Below are positions 60,250 through 64,000 of a stretch of 64,000 bases of DNA, in pieces. The DNA lies in NCBI GenBank assembly GCA_945860225.1, contig CAMAPT010000001.1, forward strand, positions 15,078 to 79,077, in the 5' to 3' direction. Numbering within the stretch: position 1 is the stretch's first letter; the number at the start of each line of letters is the position of its first letter. Both the position numbers and the translations under genes were made by a program. The DNA is from Chitinophaga pinensis. GTDB taxonomy: Bacteria; Bacteroidota; Bacteroidia; B-17B0; Aurantibacillaceae. The notes beneath the pieces were generated by a model. That model saw nothing but the letters and a program-made list of their open reading frames with translations, was not told the DNA's origin and searched no databases.

Positions 60250-60777
60250 TTATTGATGCATTTCATTTAACTTTTTGGCATAAAGAGATACAAAAACAAC
60301 GTCAATGATTACCATCATCACAACAACTATCATTGCAACCATTGAATTATTGGCTCCAGGAGGGCCCATCATACTCAAAGAATTTTTGCCCATGAATATA
60401 AAACTAGTATATGGTAATATTTCAGCAATTGCATAAATATAAAATCCCTTTTTTGATAAATTCCACATCAATAAAACACCCATGAAAGATAATAAGGTAT
60501 ATACCAATCCTAAATAAGGAGCTACTTTCGTGTAAGGATTGGCCTCCATCTCAATCATTTGGTTTTCCATTTGATCTGCCATTTCCGGATTTACTAATCT
60601 TATTTGTTCTACATTTTTTTGCATAGCCTCCGGCGTGCTTTGGTAAATTCCTATCAACCCAAATACAAAACTAAGTCCACACATGATAAATGAAAGAATG
60701 CATAATATCTTCAAAAATGAAGAGCGTTTTTGGGGTTGAAGAATCGTTTCTTCTATGAATTGCGTATTATCTTCCAT
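60250..60777 (-). CDS. Small multi-pass membrane protein of unknown function (paralogue of 60922-61413)
   Basis: Acidic N-terminus, KRSSFLKILCILSFIMCGLSF, MWNLSKKGFYIYAIAEILP; four hydrophobic segments. Confidence 0.6.
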   Translation of the reverse strand: MEDNTQFIEETILQPQKRSSFLKILCILSFIMCGLSFVFGLIGIYQSTPEAMQKNVEQIRLVNPEMADQMENQMIEMEANPYTKVAPYLGLVYTLLSFMGVLLMWNLSKKGFYIYAIAEILPYTSFIFMGKNSLSMMGPPGANNSMVAMIVVVMMVIIDVVFVSLYAKKLNEMHQ

Positions 60778-60823
60778 ATTTTTAAATTAATTTGATGAAA
60801 ATCTTGAGTTTATTTGATTTATA

Positions 60824-60856
60824 AAACCGCTGAAATATAGATGGTTTCAGTGGTTT
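60824..60856 (-). terminator. Terminator hairpin between the two paralogous membrane-protein genes
   Basis: aaaccgctgaaa tatagatgg tttcagtggttt (12-bp stem with one G-U pair). On the minus strand it is followed by TTTTATAAAT. Confidence 0.5.
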
Positions 60857-60921
60857 AAGTTATTGTTATTTAGTTGAAAATGATAAAGCCAGTTTAACCA
60901 TTTGCCTTTGAACAACCATGG

Positions 60922-61413
60922 CTATTTTAAATGTTTAAAATTTACCGCATAAAGAACAATCCAAACAATAGCAAACAAAATACTTAATACAGCACCAATC
61001 CCTCCTATTAAGCCTCCACCACCTAGAAAAAAACCAGCAATCGCCGGTGTCAACTCTCCAAATGAATAAATAAAAAAACCCATTTTTTTTAATTTCCACA
61101 TTTGAATAGCTCCATACAAGCATAATAAAGCTGATAAAATACCTATAATTAAATTTGGCACAGCATTTTCAACAGCTTTTATCATGGTTTCTTGCATCCC
61201 ATTAACCATTCCATAAGGATCGCCTTCGGCACTTCCCATATTTTCTAACAATGTTTGCGAAGCTTTTATTGAAAAATAACCCCATATTGCCCCTAAAAAA
61301 GACAATCCTGAACCGATAAAGGTTAAAATACATAAAACAGTAATGAACTGTGGACGTTTAGGTTTTTCGTCAAATGATTGATTTTCTGTAAATTGATTAT
61401 TTTCCATATTCAT
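60922..61413 (-). CDS. Small multi-pass membrane protein of unknown function (paralogue of 60250-60777)
   Basis: KRPQFITVLCILTFIGSGLSF and MWKLKKMGFFIYSFGELTP align block-for-block with the neighbouring gene. Confidence 0.6.
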   Translation of the reverse strand: MNMENNQFTENQSFDEKPKRPQFITVLCILTFIGSGLSFLGAIWGYFSIKASQTLLENMGSAEGDPYGMVNGMQETMIKAVENAVPNLIIGILSALLCLYGAIQMWKLKKMGFFIYSFGELTPAIAGFFLGGGGLIGGIGAVLSILFAIVWIVLYAVNFKHLK

Positions 61414-61523
61414 TTTTAAATAATTGATTTTGCAAGAAAGAAAAATTTAAACTATTAAATTACTATTAACACATTTTTTTATGAACAAAGCAACGAGTAG
61501 ACACATGCTCAAGAAAATAGTAT

Positions 61524-63260
61524 CTAAGAATTTAATGATACCCATTTTAAATAATTTTGGTTATCGATTATGTTTTGTTTTAATTTAAATAAATCAAAAT
61601 AAGTAACTGGTTTTAAAACAATTGGAAGCTTTATTACTTTTAATTTTTGATTAGAGGATACTGTTAACTCTATTTCTGAATCTTTAAAATAATTCATCCA
61701 ATCATGACAATCGTTTTTTAATGTATAACCATTTATAGCAACGATTTCATCTCCAATTGATAATCCTGCCTTCCAGCTTGGCGAATAAGGAGCGATTAAT
61801 GTTACTTTTTTATTAGTTCCAAAATCAACCGTTTTAAATCCATATTTAGATTCGCAAATAGTTGTGCTTGGAATTTTTAAAAACTCAATACCTAAATAAT
61901 CAAAACATTCTTTCAAAGGAATTTCAAAATCCTCTGTACCATAAACATATTTATTAAAAAAATCGATTAAGGATACTCCAGCTATTTTTTCACAAATATC
62001 AATAACATCTTTTTCCGAATAACCTCTTTGTCTCTTGCCAAACTCTTCATACAATACCCTACAAACATCTTTCAATCCTTTATCACCATTTGTATATTTC
62101 ATAATATATACATCTAGCATCAAAGCAATTAAATTTCCTTCATCGTAAATAGATGTTTTACGATAAGGAGCTCCAGGCACATAACCATCTAACCATGTAT
62201 CCCAACTTGAATGAGCAACAGACAAATTATATCGCCCATAATTATGAAAATGTTTAATTAAACGCTCTTCTAATGTTTCAAAATACTCATTTACAGAAAA
62301 AACGCCACTAGTTAAAAGCAATAAATCTCCGTAATAGGTTGTAAATCCTTCGTATACATAACCGGTTCGAGCATAATTTTCCTTAGAAAACTGATACGGG
62401 AACATTTCATAGGGTCTAATTAGTTTAATATTCCAAGTATGAAATAATTCGTGACATGAAACACCTAATACGTCTAAGTATGTGGTACCTTTATTTAATG
62501 AATAACCAGGTCCTATTGCTATAACCGTAGATTTTAAATGTTCTACACCATGATAAAACTTAAATGGTAAAACTTGAAACATGAAATGGTATTCGTTTAC
62601 CGGAAAATCTCCCCAAAAATTTAATTGAGTCGCTGTAAATTTTGCAAAATCTGATTTTATTTTGTCAAAGTCGGGCTTACATTCACCTATAAAATGTAAC
62701 CAAAATTTTATTCCATTTACTACATATACATCAGATTGCAAATTAGCACTCGCCATAATCGGACTATCTGCCAATTCATCAAATGATGATGCCTTTAAAA
62801 TAAATTTATCCTTAGTTAATGAAGTTGCTATTTGATAATCCTCAGGAACAACTAATTCAATTTGATGCTCTTCATTTATGCGATCGGGCAAGTACATACA
62901 TAAATGAACCGGATTAACATATATCTGATTATCATCAGCATAACAATTGCCTGCATTTATTTCTGATGTAAAATAACTATATGTTACCTTAATTGTTTGA
63001 GCACCATTTGTTTCTATTTTCCACAAATCCTTACTTAATTTTTCATAAAATAAACTTTCTCCATTTTCATTAAAAGCATCCACCCGTTTAATGTTTTTGG
63101 CAAAATTTCCTAACTCATATCTTCCTGGCCTCCATGCTGGCAATTGAAGTTCAATGATTTCTGAAGATATACCGTCTATTGTTAAATCGACATATATATA
63201 ATGGGAATTTGGGTTTTTAAGAAATAATTTATAATGAATCATAATTAAAAAATTCTGCAA
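61524..63260 (-). CDS. M61 family glycyl aminopeptidase-like metallopeptidase with C-terminal PDZ domain
   Basis: HExxH in HELFHTWN. PDZ-like GLSIGDEIVAINGY. The likely true start is the internal Met at 63242 (MIHYKLFLKN). Confidence 0.85.
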   Translation of the reverse strand: MQNFLIMIHYKLFLKNPNSHYIYVDLTIDGISSEIIELQLPAWRPGRYELGNFAKNIKRVDAFNENGESLFYEKLSKDLWKIETNGAQTIKVTYSYFTSEINAGNCYADDNQIYVNPVHLCMYLPDRINEEHQIELVVPEDYQIATSLTKDKFILKASSFDELADSPIMASANLQSDVYVVNGIKFWLHFIGECKPDFDKIKSDFAKFTATQLNFWGDFPVNEYHFMFQVLPFKFYHGVEHLKSTVIAIGPGYSLNKGTTYLDVLGVSCHELFHTWNIKLIRPYEMFPYQFSKENYARTGYVYEGFTTYYGDLLLLTSGVFSVNEYFETLEERLIKHFHNYGRYNLSVAHSSWDTWLDGYVPGAPYRKTSIYDEGNLIALMLDVYIMKYTNGDKGLKDVCRVLYEEFGKRQRGYSEKDVIDICEKIAGVSLIDFFNKYVYGTEDFEIPLKECFDYLGIEFLKIPSTTICESKYGFKTVDFGTNKKVTLIAPYSPSWKAGLSIGDEIVAINGYTLKNDCHDWMNYFKDSEIELTVSSNQKLKVIKLPIVLKPVTYFDLFKLKQNIIDNQNYLKWVSLNS

Positions 63261-63276
63261 ACAATAACTAATGTGT

Positions 63277-64000
63277 TTAAATCAATTTTTCGTCCTTAAT
63301 CTGCTCATCTTTATAAAACACGTCGATACAAACTAACATTGCTAAGAATCCCCAAAAAGGAACGGACGCTTTATCTGTGTCCAAAAAATTATTCAAAAAT
63401 CCGTGAACAAAGTAGGTCGTTAATCCCATAAGTATAGTTATGGTTAAAATTTTCATAAATTGGTCTTTGACCGAATAAACAAGACGATAACCAACAAACA
63501 TCACACCTAATACTAAAGCCAAAACAATTAGAGCTCCAATTAATCCTTGCTCACAAAGTGGACCCAAATATTCGCTGTGGGCATTTCCTTTATCACCGAA
63601 ATTCGTTGATATAATTGTTTTTTGACTACTTTTTTGATAAGGAGCATACAAAAATTGATACGTACCTGGACCAAAACCAACAATTGGTCGTTCTTCAAAC
63701 ATCCTCAATGCACAACTCCATCTATTCAAACGCTCTAAATTAGATACATCGGTTGATATATTTGACATTGATTCGATATTGGCCATAATATCTCCATCTG
63801 AGTCTGTATCATTTCTTCCTAATACCATTAAAATTTCTGTTTGAAATGACAAAAATCCGATAACAAGACCTAAAATGGTGAATAAAATAGTTTTAAATTT
63901 TATCTTCAATACCAATGTGCATAATAAGGCTAACGAGACTACTAAACTCAACCAACCAGCTCTTGCAAATGAAACCACAATGGATACTATAAATATAACT
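63277..64000 (-). CDS. O-antigen ligase (Wzy_C) family membrane protein, 3' part; the gene continues past the right edge
   Basis: RAGWLSL motif, multiple TM helices and a periplasmic loop. The reading frame is still open at 64000. Confidence 0.65.
   Translation of the reverse strand, partial: VIFIVSIVVSFARAGWLSLVVSLALLCTLVLKIKFKTILFTILGLVIGFLSFQTEILMVLGRNDTDSDGDIMANIESMSNISTDVSNLERLNRWSCALRMFEERPIVGFGPGTYQFLYAPYQKSSQKTIISTNFGDKGNAHSEYLGPLCEQGLIGALIVLALVLGVMFVGYRLVYSVKDQFMKILTITILMGLTTYFVHGFLNNFLDTDKASVPFWGFLAMLVCIDVFYKDEQIKDEKLI

Noticed and set aside
1-64000. Search for tRNA/rRNA genes, CRISPR arrays, IS elements, integrases, reverse transcriptases, or long direct or inverted repeats marking a mobile element
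   Set aside because: None was found by eye. All intergenic regions longer than 150 nt are AT-rich, with no cloverleaf-like GC-rich segments. No regularly spaced repeats were seen and no transposase-like or integrase-like ORF. A computational scan (tRNAscan-SE, Infernal/Rfam, self-dotplot) would be needed to exclude small RNAs and dispersed repeats.

Overview
AT-rich chromosomal segment, roughly 30-35% GC by hand counts. It most likely comes from a Bacteroidota bacterium (Flavobacteriia/Cytophagia-like). Three things support this: a secreted protease with a T9SS C-terminal sorting domain, TAnnTTTG-type -7 boxes, and no obvious Shine-Dalgarno usage. I count 46 substantial protein-coding genes, 41 on the minus strand and 5 on the plus strand, densely packed and often with overlapping or 1-15 nt junctions. 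Most are recognisable housekeeping genes: gyrA, clpC, pyrC, hemF, guaA, rnz, rpsA, pheT, uvrB, prmC, the t6A genes tsaB/tsaC/tcdA, peptidases of families M16/M23/M43/M61 and C40, an ABC exporter and a MacA-like adaptor. I found no rRNA, tRNA, CRISPR array, transposase, integrase or reverse transcriptase. Several intrinsic-terminator hairpins and a few Bacteroidota-type promoter boxes are visible. There are four best candidates for undescribed biology. (1) A tightly coupled two-gene cassette at 22433-23343, encoding an acidic 103-aa protein followed by a 198-aa protein whose motif order resembles the UDG/MUG fold, in what looks like a small accessory islet. (2) A compact three-gene cluster at 47273-53157: an AddB-like Fe-S PD-(D/E)XK nuclease, a small outer-membrane barrel, and a large outer-membrane barrel with an N-terminal ComEA-like helix-hairpin-helix module. 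(3) An unannotated 35-codon membrane-peptide ORF 5 nt downstream of an orphan LuxR-type response regulator. (4) A 480-nt structured intergenic region downstream of rpsA that contains a hexanucleotide microsatellite. All functional calls rest on motif recognition by eye; no database search was run.
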